Made by a program: the position numbers and the translations under genes. The notes under the pieces are model-generated. The model saw only the letters and a program-made list of their open reading frames with translations. It was not told where the DNA came from and searched no databases. Positions 50,516-63,413 of a DNA stretch of 64,000 nucleotides are shown here, one piece after another; the stretch's first letter is position 1; the number at the start of each line of letters is the position of its first letter. The DNA comes from Selaginella moellendorffii (lineage: Eukaryota > Plantae > Lycopodiophyta): positions 4,380,691 to 4,444,690 of the forward strand of contig NW_003314261.1 of NCBI RefSeq assembly GCF_000143415.4, given 5' to 3'.

Positions 50516-52511
50516 TCGTTATGCCTTTCCTGAGGAGTTCATGTATTTAAGACCAGATGAGTTTGAAGCTGTGCTTCTGGGCTTCTGGCCATACTTTTTT
50601 ACTAGTACGTCTTAAGTTGCTCTGCAATGCTAGCATATTCCTGCCCCAATGCTGTCACGAGAGTCGCAGCATGTTTCTGCAACTGATCCAGTGGTATCTC
50701 CCTTCCCCAATCTGGGTTAGCTGAACACGCATATTCGCTCAAAACCCCAGCCTTAATCCGGATATTTAATCCCTCGATAGTCTACAAGCAAGTCGCCCGT
50801 CACGTAGCTGGGTTAGTGAGGATCGATGACATAGCATTCATCCTCATCATCTGCCTAGTCAGCAGACCCTACAGTCATGTCTATTCACCATGTACTTATA
50901 CCATAAGCTATGAAGCGCTGAGCGACGACCATTCTGACCATTCCAGAATCTAATACAATGTCCTAGCAAATCCGCAACTGTATTCATCATCGCAGCGGCC
51001 CTGCTCCGAGTCAATGCAGCAGGTCTCCTTGTAGGGTTTATAAACACCCCGCGAGAAACCACAAACCACAGGCATAGCACCGACGCAACGAGAAGGAGAG
51101 ACATCGTTCCTCTACTATGAAAATGCACAATGAGAATGTGAGAAGAAGGTGCAGCACAAGCTCACAACCAGCCTTTCTATTAAGGAGTGGATCCTCAGGA
51201 ATGCAGCGGGAATGTCTTTCGAACATCCGTGGTAATATAGTTCTAAATGCATGGGGTTGTCATATACATGCCACATGAATCTCTCTGCCATATTCGAGTA
51301 TTAATTATATGATTTGTGCTTACAAACAACCGTTATGCTAAGCATCCAATCCTCATAGCAAGTTTCCAGGTGTTGCATTACCAACTGAACATTCGGCTTC
51401 ATCCAATGCATCCATGACAATCTAAGTTTTTCTGTCGACTTCCTGCAAAACGTTGTCGTGTTCAGCATTGACATTGCAACTGCAGCTAGTGCCATTTGGC
51501 AGTGGATTAGCAACGCAAGAACAATTCTCAAAGTACTACCGGTGTCTCGAGGTGTTACCTTGTCCATTAGCTGCACTGAGGCAAACAAGGAACGGGCTAC
51601 ATATGGCGCCTCTCTGGCAGCGGTTTTGGAACGGAACAAAATATTAAACACAAGGCATGATGTGTGTCTCTAGTGATGTCAGACAGAGCTTAGTGCTACT
51701 ACACACAGTAAAGATGAAATCAAATAATTGAATTGAATTTTTCTTCTCACTGGTCTGAAAAGTAAGGCTTAAAGTTGAGCCACAACCTCCTCCAACGATA
51801 GGGCATCATCCAAACACAAACCAGCAGTGTAAAGAGCAGGTCCTTATCTTCTTCTTTTGTCCATTTGACTTTGCAAATAAAAGTTTGCAGCATAATGATT
51901 ATCATAGGGTTGGCATGCTGCAACTCATTCACGAATCTAAGACTGGATTTTAGTTTTTTTCTTCATGATCAAGTGAAGTGAAGTCAACGTCATTTGGTTT
52001 GTGGATCCCAGATTATAGCAATTCATGCATTTCCCCAAGAGTGTTGGAAGCCTAAATTGCATTCACATAAGATAGTCCATCAATAACTTATAGTTCACAA
52101 AGCTGCCATCTTCGTGAAGGGACGCTGCACAGCTTGCCATACAAATTTGGTTTCACATGCTTGAGCTCACTCACAGCATAACAGTTGCTTGCTGCTTGCT
52201 GCCAATACAACAATCAAGTTAAGTTCTATTTAGCAGCATCATCCATAAGTATTGAACCACATGCAAGTTGCAACGTGTATTATGAAAACTTTTTTGAGCT
52301 TTTGTTGGGAATCGGGATTGTATAGTAAAGTTTATATATTTTTATTAAAATACATATAAGAATGACTACAATTTCAAAACATGCATTTTCCATCAAGTCA
52401 TAAATAACTAGAATTGGAGAATGGCTATTTTCTTTAAATACTTTGTAGAATTATAGTTTCTTGAATTTTCCATCATTCTCATAATGTAAACATATCTTAT
52501 AAATATTCTGG

Positions 52512-55500
52512 TGTGAGTGCATGGAATATGGAAAGGGAATACAGAAATGTGTATATCAATTAGCCCAAAAACTCTAGCTTATATATGGGAGCGAGTGGTC
52601 CGGATTGAAACCAATCCGACAGCTACCAAAATCCCACTACACTAATATTAGTATACGGCATCATAGCCATACACTTGGCCCTCACATCATCCCCTCCTCT
52701 CGGAATAATGGAAGGTCATCAGGGTTCTCTTGTAAATGGGCCGGGATCTGGAGGAACGTCAAAAGGAGGCATCGGCAAATTTGTAGACAGTATTAATTGC
52801 TCCTGATCCCTATGTATGAAGTGCTTCAACCGCTGCACATGCACAATCTCTGGAGGATTGGCTTGCTGAACGTCATGCCGAACCTTATAAATTTGCGGTC
52901 CAACTTGCCGCAACACCTGATACGGTCCTTTCCATTGCACAAAGAGCCCCTTATATAAACCACGTACCGTAAGATGGGGAAAACGGACTAACACCAAATC
53001 ATCCACTTTGTACTTTGCAGGTGGACGATGATGGGAGTTGTAGTGCCATTTTTGTCCCATTTGTACGCGGCCTAAGTGTTCAGCAGACTCTACTCAGACA
53101 AGTGGAAGAATGCTTGTCAAATATTGATCCCATGACTTAGCATCAGGAGCTCGTGGCAATCGCGAAGGTAAACCCAGCTCTGTTGGTAATATTGGATTAT
53201 GACTATATAGAAGTTTATATAGTGAAGCACCAAGAGAACTCTACACCCCTGTGACATAGGCATACCGAAGAGACAGCAAATAACCATCCCAATCCAAATG
53301 CTAAAAGTTCATATACTTCGCAATCATCCCTTTGAATGTCCGAATGAGCCATTCCACCAAACCATCTGATTGTGGATGATAAGCACTCGTAAAAGTGTGG
53401 CGTATCCCCAACCGAGACGTCAAAACATGAAATACCTCAGCCATAAATGCAGGACCATTATCTGAAAGAATCCGCTCTGGACAAGAATGTTGGAACACTA
53501 CTCGATTGAGGAGGAAGTATCCAACAGCAATTGCAGAGGCGCTAGCAAGAGCACCAACTTCCACCTAACGAGTCAAGTAGTTAGAAGCAATAATAACATA
53601 CTCATTGCCGGCAGTCAATCGTGGAAAAGGTCCCATAAGATTAAACACCACCAACTCAAACAGACAGGAAACTGCAATTGACTCCAACTGTCCTTTCGCA
53701 GCACAAGGGGGAGTATTACAAGCTTGGCACCAAACACAACTACGCACATACCGGATAACATCACATCGCATCTCCGGCCAATAGAAAGACCTGCACAGCT
53801 TCTCGGTCACACGATGATGTCCCATATGCCCACCTAGAACATGAGAATTATGGTAGGCATGGAGAAACCGCGGAATAAAGATAGAAGGCACCACCAGCCG
53901 TAAAGGATCATCAGGATCCGTCCCCACAAAATAAAGGAGGCCATCTTCAAGACGATATTGAGAATGTAAATGCCGAAAAGGCAAGTCATCAGCAAGTGAT
54001 GCAGGATTCTCAAATGCATCTCGAAGCCTTCGAATCCACGGCTCAATCTTTTGAGCTTCACGAACCTCATCAAGAGAAGGTAGATCTTGCTTTGCACCTT
54101 GTGGACACTAAAAGTCAAGTACAGAAACCACTAACGGCACAGAATCCTCGTTTAGAAAATCCACAGATGCTGGAACAACAGGCTCATCAGAAACATGAGA
54201 AGAGAGCGGAGAAGGAAGGGGAGCTCGAGAAAGGGCATCAGCATCAGCCATAAAACTCCCTGGGCAATGAACAACATCAAAATTATATATTTGAAGCTTC
54301 AAAGCCCACCAAGCAATACGACCAACCAGGTTCTTCCGCTTCAATAATGAAGTAATGGCAGCATTGTCACCTTCAAGTAACGTCCGAGAACCATGTAGAT
54401 ATGCATGAAGTTTCTTGAAACCCTAAACTGTCGCTAAACACTCCTTCTCTGTTGTGGAGTAGTTCACTTCTGCTGGTTGTAACGTACGGATTATATATGC
54501 AATGGGATGATGCTGACCAGGCACACTCGGGCTTTCTTGCATCAACACACCTCCAAGACCAATATCAGAAGCATCTACGCGCAAAATAAAAGGTTGAGTG
54601 TAGTCAGGATATGCCAAAACCGGAGGAGTCGTTAACAGCTCTTTGAGATTCACAAATGACTGCTCACAATCTGAAGACCAGATGAAAGATGACGTTAATG
54701 ACTTTAGCAACGCTCGCAACAGTGCAGTGCGATCAGAAAGATGATCCACAAAACGACCAAGATACTACACCTTGCCCAGGAAGCATTACACATCATTCAC
54801 ATACTTCGGAGTAGGGAACTTTAGAATGGCTACAAGTTTATCAGGATCAACTTGCAAACCTTCACGAGAAATACAGTACCCAAGATAAGTTGTATCCTTG
54901 GATCCAAACACGCACTTCAACCGCTTCAGCTTTAAACCAACGTCCCGTAGCCGATCCAACACTTTACACACATCACGAATGTGCTCCTCCCACGTCCCCT
55001 TCGAGTGAATCAAGACATCATCAATGAAGTCAGCAGTCACCTCTGGCATATCACAAAGAACCTCGTCCATCATCCACTGGAAAGTTGCTAGAGCATTGTT
55101 CAAACCAAACGGCATCACCAAGAACTCGTACAAACCAAATGGTGTACAAAAAGCAGTCTTAGGAATATCTTCTTCGGCCATCGATACTTGCCAGTACCCA
55201 GAAGCAAGATCGAGCTTGGTGAACCAACGACTTCGCCCTAGACAATCCAAGAGATCAGCCGTGTGAGGAAGAGGGTACACATCCGGGATTGTCACTTCAT
55301 TTAACGAACAATAGTCGATGCAGAAACGAATACTCCCATCAGGCTTCGTCACAAGATGAGGTTCACATGCCCAAGGACTCCGCGACTTCTGAATAACACC
55401 CTTCTCCAACATCTCCTTGACGTTTGCACGTAAAATCTTGATCTCCTTGGGTGACCGACGACGAACAGGAACCTTGATTGGACGAGCATCCCCGGTTAGA

Positions 55501-57843
55501 ATCGGATGACGTGTGGCAATCTTGGCCCTAGAAGATAGGTCAAATTCAAAGAGATTAGAATACTCCTTCATGAGCCGATCAACAACTGCAACACAAAGAT
55601 CTTCGGAGGGATCGGAAAAGGGAAGAGCAGAACAAGATGGAAACATAGGAGGAAATAGTGGGAAAACAAAAGTAATAGAAGCAGAGGTAGAAGTAAAGGG
55701 ACGAAGAGGTATAGAAGTGAGAGGAATGAATGAAACATAAGGAAGTATGAGACAAGGGGGAGAAGCCTCAAAGTCACACTTGGCATGATTGCGCTACAAC
55801 CAATCCATACCAAGAATGAGGTCAAAAGCTTGACTCGGCACCACCTGCAACGACTGCAACTCAAGCTCGAGATCACCCACATGCACAACCAGATCCGCCT
55901 CATCTCGTGCACATACATGTGTACAGCCATTGCCATTCTACTTGGGTTGTCCTAAAGTTGGAGTATGGCCTTAGCCATATTGACTAGCCATAACCATTAA
56001 CTTTAATTATTTTTTTATTGGCAATCTATATACCACTTCCATATTGTGGTGGTGAATTACCAGCTACCGATTGATCTAGCATAACTCTCTTACCTCTAAG
56101 TACTTATAGTATCAACAAGAATTCGGGTCCATATTAAACTTGTGTTCCTGCTGTTCCAACTCCTCTTCTTTTTCCTCCACCAAATTATCTAAGTCCTGAT
56201 CTCTGGTAACATAAAAACATATACTAAATTATCATTATAATGATGTCTGCTGCCATAAAGAATGAAAACTGGATTTGCCGCACGACGCAAGTGTAGACAA
56301 CAACATGTGGCAACAGGTCGAGCAATAGAAGATAAACTTGAACCTATATCAACCAACACAGAGAGAAGAATAGGAGACCTCTTGTTATAAAAACGAGCTT
56401 GGAAAGTAAACACTGGATGAACCGGTGCCGAGTGAACCCCTTGATGATACTCTCAAAAGAAAGATGGAAGGGTCACTAACTTATTCGCGCAAGGTCCCTC
56501 CGTTACTCATGCAACTCCTCATTTCCCATATGCACCTCGGTGTCCAAACCTTCCACCGCAGCAGCACCAACAGGACATTGCTGACGCCAAGGTCTCCATC
56601 CAGGAAATGGAGGTCGCCAATCCGGAAAGCGTCGACAACATCGATAAGTATGACCAACTTCATCACACGCCCAGCAACGAACATCACGGCCACGACCACG
56701 TCCGCGCCCTTGTCTGTGGACTCGAGTAGCAACAGCATCAACCTCCATTGGAACAGGACCATCACTCATAGGAAATGGAGTTGAAAGACGTGTAGCAAGA
56801 AGTGGAAGAGGTGACGTCTCATAACATTATGCCAAGTGAAAAGCATTGTCAAGGGTGGCAGGAGCAAGTGCATACACAAGGCCGACAAGATCTTGACGAA
56901 GTGCTGGTCACAACATTCCTAGCTTGATCCGCTCCGACATATTAGGCTCCGCATGAAGCAAAAGACTTCGGAAACGAACGCCAAATTGCATCACCGACTC
57001 AGATTGCTCTTGGTAAAGACGATACAATTGTTGGAAGGCATCGTCACAATCGTCAGCATGTCTAAAGGCGTATTTGAAGACATCCGGAAGAACAATCCAA
57101 TCCCCACGAGTGGCCGCACTCAATCCATTGTACCACTGCAATGCCGTCCCTTGGAGACACATGGGAAACTCACACAAACGTTGAGCATTATCCCAAGAAT
57201 GATATGTGGCAATCACTGTGAAGTGATCGAACCAATGGTACACATCATCCCCAGGATTCCCACGAAAGAACTCCAGCTAAACGCGAGGATTGGCACCAAG
57301 AGCAGGAGGAGTTGGACCACATGCCATGAATGCCGCCATCAATTGAGTTTGTTTGTTTAATTGCAAGCGCATAGCATCAAGCAATTGAACCAACTACTGC
57401 TCTAGAGTCAAAAGAGGAGATTGCGGATTGATCATGAAGATGAATGAAAAAGAAAGAGCAAAAGAAGAGAAATGACAAAAAGTTGGAAAGAAATGGTAGA
57501 TCTAGACAATGCAAAAAGCTAAATCTAAACCAAAATCCTGAAAGGAAATAACAAAAGAAAGGAAATGGAAAAAGTTAGATCTAGACGATGCAAAAGCTAG
57601 ATCTAAACCAAAATCCCAAATCCAAGCACTCCCCAGGGACAATCAAAAGTGCCCCTCACCTCCACCAATGTGAGTGCATGGAATATGGGAAGGGAATACA
57701 GAAATGTGCATATCAATTAACCCAAAAACCTTAGCTTATATATAGGAGTGAGTGGTCTGGATTGAAACCAATCCGACAACTACCAAAATCCTATTACGCT
57801 AATATTAGTATATGGCATCGTAGCTGTACATTTGGCCCTTACA
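52512..57843 (-). mobile_element. Full-length but degenerate non-chromoviral Ty3/gypsy LTR retrotransposon (possibly Selgy-like)
   Basis: 175-bp LTRs 52512-52686 and 57669-57843. PBS TGGTGGAGGTGAGGGGC (tRNA-Ala-like). PPT AGAGGAGGGGATGA. TSD CTGG/CTAG. gag (CWACDEVGH..RCC), PR (LVDIGS), RT (FIDD), RH (DASD), INT (SDNG, GPY); no chromodomain. Confidence 0.92.
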
Positions 57844-58059
57844 CTAGGTATTTCTTTGAACTCATTATGCTTCATTTTTAACTTCAAAATTTAAGATGTA
57901 TGAAAGAATTACCTTCATTAACTTATAAAGTATATGTATCAGAATCTTTAAGATTTAAAATTATAGAGAATACTTTTAATTTGAATTTTTTTAGAAAGTA
58001 TTATTTGTTTTTTATATGTGTGAGTAATTGGTTCAGTATAAAAAGGTTTGTATGGAGAG

Positions 58060-58868
58060 GTGCTGCATAGCTTGCCTCTGTATTGATTGCCATGCTGGAA
58101 CGGGATTATCTTGCCTGTAAACAGCCAACACGCCATAACACTTGGTGCCTGGCCGCCAGGTGTCGCTTGACCACAGAGCCACTCGAGAGTCATCGTAGAG
58201 CAATCGGACTGCATGATCAACTGGTACAATCTCCTTGATGCCGTGAGAGAATAACCAGAAGGTAGGAACGTCCCAGCCTCATACTTGTCCTTATAATTGA
58301 CCTTGCTGAACATGGTATTATAGTGGGCGTGACAGTCCCAGTTCCTTTGTGCAGCAGCATCAGGTGTGGGGAGTGCAGGTATAGGCGCACTTGGCTGTGC
58401 ACCAGTACTGGCGCCATCAGTTTGAATACACTGAATCTCCAAGTACTGATTGGTGCCTGTAATGCCACCATATCCACCGGTCTCGGCTGCTTCCCACATA
58501 GCTGCAAGGAGAGGCGACGAACTCCCTGGTACAGTGGTTCTCCCCAGGACGGTAGGTGAACATGAGACAGTGTTCAACACCCAAACCTTAATCTTGACGA
58601 CATGTACCGCGTCAATTATGGGAAGATCATCTACAATCAGCTCACCAGTGTTGAAGTTCGGGGACTGATTAAGAACACCTTGTAGAATTCTCCGAACCTG
58701 ATAAATCAGTGCGCTAGCCTGGGGCCTAGTCGAGGCCTCTCTGTATACCTTACCCATACCCCACAAGAAGCAACGAAACACAAGCATAGCGCCATCACAA
58801 CAAGGAGAGATGTGGTTTTTCGCAAATTCATGCTGAGAAACTTGGAGAACATGGAGCGCAACCAACAC
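58060..58868 (-). pseudogene. Unidentified gene fragment ending in a bulb-type (B) lectin-like motif
   Basis: TFLPSGYSLTASRRLYQLIMQSDC resembles the B-lectin L..G.SL.S...Y.L.MQ.DC motif; the rest is not recognised. Confidence 0.35.
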
Positions 58869-58922
58869 TTATATATCAAAGGCTGCAGATAGGATGCAGT
58901 TATATTCTCCTCCTGTTGCATC

Positions 58923-59006
58923 TCCTCCACCCTCTCCATACTATTACAAATCCCCACCATCTCCTCCACCCTCTCCATACTATTACAAATCCCCACCATC
59001 TCCAAT
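58923..59006 (+). repeat. 39-bp tandem repeat encoding extensin-type SPPPSPYYYKSPP x2
   Basis: tct cct cca ccc tct cca tac tat tac aaa tcc cca cca repeated twice. Confidence 0.75.
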
Positions 59007-59539
59007 TGCATCCCCTAGTTGCCTCTCCAAAATATTGCCCCTTTTTTTTACTTGATTTCACCTCCCAAATTAGGCATCCATGGTAATGTGTTCGACCCTC
59101 ACAAGGTGACTTTTTTTTTCCAACTCAAGCAATGATGATTATTAAGAGAAAGTCAGCTATGCCGCATTCAACAGTTCAAACAACTCAATCATGGATGTGA
59201 TCCTGAATGAAAAACAAATGCATTCTCTGAGATCATAAGACTTCTAAACATAGAATACCAGAAGGCCCGCGTCGAACTGAGTGAGTGGTGCTTGTGGTGG
59301 AAGCACCTTGTTCTGCATTCTTGCATCCACCCCGTGCAAGTCGAACCGGTTGTTTCACACGTTTGCATCAGCGCTCTTTTCGATCTGCAAAGACTTGAGC
59401 GACACCAAAATTCTAAAGGTCCTGCTTACTAAAATGAAGATTCAGGGCATTGGCCTACACCACCTTGCGCCAGGGCAGGTCAGCCTGAGGAAGCAGAAGC
59501 ACTGTTCAAAGTCATGAAGGATCGTGATATTGAGCCGGA

Positions 59540-60126
59540 TGTTTTCCTCTACAATTGCCTGTCGCAATCCTACGTGAAAGCTGAGCAGCTGGAGCCGGCC
59601 TAATGAAGCAACATATGTGATCATGCTGGGCCTTTACTGCAGGGCCTGCCATTACGACGAAGCCTTGGAGCTGCTGAAAACTGTGGACCACGAAACTGTT
59701 AAGCTCGGCGAGCAGTTCTTTATCACGTTGATCAAAGCCTTCGCGGAGGCTGAACGTTGGGATGATACCATTTCAGTCTTCAAGGAGATGGACAGATCTT
59801 GTTGGATCAGAGGCAGCGTCTACGTGCTGTTGTTGGAGGTGTGTTTCAAAGCTGGCTATTACGAGTCGTGAATCAATTTCTTCACCGCAATCCTCGACAA
59901 AGGAATCAACAGAACGCCTGGTGTGTACGAGACTATGATCAGAGCCTACGAGCGAATGAACCGACTGTCAGAGATCTCGGAGGTTTTCAACTACATGCTC
60001 TGTCCGTTCACCGCTGGCGTTTATGACCTGCTGCATGAAGTATTTATGAGGACAAAGAACTCAGAGATGCTCGAGGCGCTGGAAAACATCAAGAAAGCCG
60101 GCAAAGTCATCTCCGAGGCCTCATAA
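59540..60126 (+). pseudogene. Pentatricopeptide-repeat (PPR) gene fragment, frameshifted at ~59868
   Basis: PNEATYVIMLGLYCRACHYDEALELL, FITLIKAFAEAERWDDTISVFKEM, YETMIRAYERMNRLSEISEVFNYM. Confidence 0.75.
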
Positions 60127-60244
60127 TTTCAGATACTTACCGGCAACGCTCTGACGCCTACCATATACGAGCCAAGCTCAGCACGATTTTTTTTTGGACA
60201 ACTCACGAAGATGAAGGCACCATACACATTACATTGCCATCGTC

Positions 60245-61787
60245 CTAGTGGACAGGTTGGGGAACACTTTCCTTAGCGTTTGCATCCAAGCCTTTGTGAG
60301 TAATCTGGTAACGGTATGTGAGGTGATCACCGCTCTTGATGGGAGGATATCTGTACGAAGAAGCCGGCAGTCAGGTATGAGTCTGCTGATTTCAATTTAA
60401 GATGGACTCACTTTGGCGGATTGGACGGGCTGCAGCAGGTTGGCAGGCACTCCACAATGCAGTCAAAATTTGGCTCCATGAAGAAAGGTATCTGTGTTTG
60501 TTCCTACTAGAATCACACTAACAACAAAGGCGTTCGTCATGCTTACCGAGTAGCGCTCTTCTCCATGGTTCAGAACGCGGTGCAGAGTTGACCTTCGATG
60601 CCATGAACGTCAACATTATTTTAATTTTGCAGCAGAATCTCTAACCTGTATAGATTGTTCGTCCATCGTTCGAGCATATCTCCCAGGTTTACTATGAAAG
60701 CTCTGCAGTGTACATCAGACGAGAACAACTCTCATAATTCTGAAACATACCCTTTGATCGGTTGTACGTCCTCCCACACTTGCTTTTTGGCATCTTTCTC
60801 TTTGCAAATCTATCAAACTATCAGGATCGAAAACCTCACCAGTGTTTCTGGCTCATTACCTGAAGACCAGGAACACTATCAGTCGCAAGAAGCGTAAGCA
60901 TCCCATAGTCACTATGAGCGCCAGCACCAAACTCTCCCTTCTCTGGATTCGTAACTCCAGCTGAATGTGTACCAAAAGTAGTTATTCTTCTTCGTCAGTG
61001 ATTCTTCCGGTACCTGGATAGTGAAGCAACCGCAACAGTGCCATTGGATGATCAAACATCCCTGGTTTATCAAAGAAAGTCTTATCCAAATCCAGAGAGA
61101 TCGCAATGAGTTTTATGAGCCGCCTAGATAAATTCCTGAAAAAAAAAAAAAAAAAAAAAAAAAAAAACACGTTTGAAAATGGCAGGAGATATGACTTACT
61201 CGACCTCTTGAAAGTACTTCTCCATTGTTTGCCTCCATCCTGGTAGTAACTCTGGTGAGCATAACATGGTAAGTTACAGCAGGCATAGTTTCAAAACCAT
61301 AGCCAAACCTGGTGAAGGCCACTGATTTGGTCCTTGGTAAGGCTCGTTTGCTCTAGGATCAGTTTCCGGGATTTCACGGCCGATATAATAGCCTTCCTTC
61401 GAATCCCCTGCACATCCAAATTTAAATTTTGGAGCCAACATGCCACAAGTTTCCATACCAGCAATTTGCTTGACAGGATCGAGTTTCTCCTCGCTGTAGG
61501 GGGTATAGCCCCGATTTCTCTTGTCCTGTAGCACCTTCGTTTTCTCTTCCAAGGGAAGCTCGAAGAACTTCCGGGTCTGATTAAACACCTCCTCCATGAA
61601 GGCTTCGCCGATCCCGTGGTTGATAACGTAGAAGAACCCAGTTTCCAAGCATGCCTGGACAAGAATCCAAATGCATCGAAATGCGAAGATCGACAGCTTA
61701 ACTCACCTTTCTGAGCTGCAGAGCCAGGCTCTTCACATCCGGCGAAGAGATATCTATGCATTCAAGCAGCTGCCGCTCCCACCCCAT
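60245..61787 (-). CDS. 2-oxoglutarate/Fe(II)-dependent dioxygenase (DIOX_N + 2OG-FeII_Oxy), multi-exon, apparently intact
   Basis: CLETGFFYVINHG, NRGYTP, LRLLHYP, GAHSDYG (HxD), NLGDMLERWTN, STLHRV, RYSIPFF; canonical short introns; stop at 60245-60247. Confidence 0.92.
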
Positions 61788-63413
61788 ACCTGTCCAAATT
61801 AACAAGAGCCCTAAAACTTGAAACCATTGAGATAATTTTGGACACCCGAAAACTAGTAAAAAGTCACTACATATAATCAAGCCTTGAACTCCCTAAGGAA
61901 CATCTGGTTGACACTCGCTGCTTGACCAGCAGACAGGATCCAGAAGCGGGCCATGCTCCATGGTTTCCGCCAGCAGATTGATTGAAGAGTTCGTCCCCGA
62001 AAAGAGGCCTAATTTAAAACGCTTCAAGGCCATTCACCTTCAAGATAACTTGGTTCCCACAGGGCATATCAAACCAATTTTGAACAGTTGAGGAGTGTGC
62101 TCTTTTTAGTGGCCAAAACCAGGTCGTCACCGGGCCAAAGAATAGAATTTTTTATTGAATTTATCTTTGTTGATTGAGTATATTTTTCTTGATTTTTTTT
62201 TTTTTTTTGCCAATTGATAGAGGCTCTTGGGACATAAACATTATTAAAATGTAAATGTCATATAATTTAAATTCAGGTCTAGATATTCCCGTGCGCTTTT
62301 TTAGTGGTCATTGGGTCAAAGAGTTTTTTTTTTTTTTTTTACTGAGTATATTTGTCATTACCAAGTACAATTTTTCAGCCACTCTAGTGTGTTTAACTAT
62401 AAGTATATTATTCTTCCTTGCAATATATTATGTGCAAATTATTATGAATAATTGTTTGATGGGGCCCCAACAAAATTGGCCAGAAAAAAGGGTTCCTCAT
62501 AGCTGTTGAGGATGCTTCTCAATCTGCTTCTTCCACCGTACCTGCTTACACCCTCTCGTGATTCCAGCATTATTTTCAGCCTTCTTATTCTGTTCCAGCA
62601 CAGCATCCACCAAATTCACCTCTGTCCACATCCTCCACATTCATGTGTAAGTCCAAGGTAAGGACCTGTGTTATGTCAGTTAGGCCATAATCAGCCTGCT
62701 TCACTTTCACCTAGCCACCTTCCCATTCTCATCAATGTAGAATTGGTCCACCCCTCATGTAACCATTGTGAATCTTCTTTTTGCCCCCTGTAAATCTGTA
62801 AGAGTCATATTTTTTAGATATTCACTTAAAATATTTTGTTCCCTATTTTCCTTTACTTTGTTTAAAATAAAATAATGTTTTTTAAACCTTTATAAATTAT
62901 AATTTAAAAAGCTGTAAATGAGGAAAGTTGGTTATGAAAGTTGAGTAGTCTGCATTCAAAGGGGTGGGCAAATTGGTTGCTAAATCCACTTTCAAACTCG
63001 GCAGCCAGCCCTAACCTTAAAGAAACTAAATTTAATGGTTGGGTCAACCATTAAATTGTGGAAACTCGAGTCTGGAACTGTTAACATGAGCCGGAACATT
63101 AGCAAGCCAATTATGGATGTATGTATACTTTGAAAACTCAAAATTTTGATCCATCCTTGTCGATCATCACCACTGAGTAGAGTTCCAAGGCGTCAGATTC
63201 TCAACTTGAATTTCAGGCTGCCATATTCAAAATATTAAAAGATGTTCTTTGCTGCAATCCAATCCCGAAGTTTCCTAGAACATGCTAACATTGTCGAAGT
63301 CAAAGAAATACCTGTGCTGACGTGCGAAAACGTCCTCTTGCCGCTGCTCCGTAGCGTACACGCGGAGAACTCCCAAGACTATTTACACACAGGCGTTCGA
63401 TCCCAAATTGAAG

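Noticed and set aside
50520-51932. Minus-strand coding-like fragments
   Set aside because: Interrupted by stops and no family recognised, so no call can be supported.
61139-61167. Poly(A) run as a retroposon tail
   Set aside because: It is the polypyrimidine tract of a dioxygenase intron on the minus strand; no TSD or element body.
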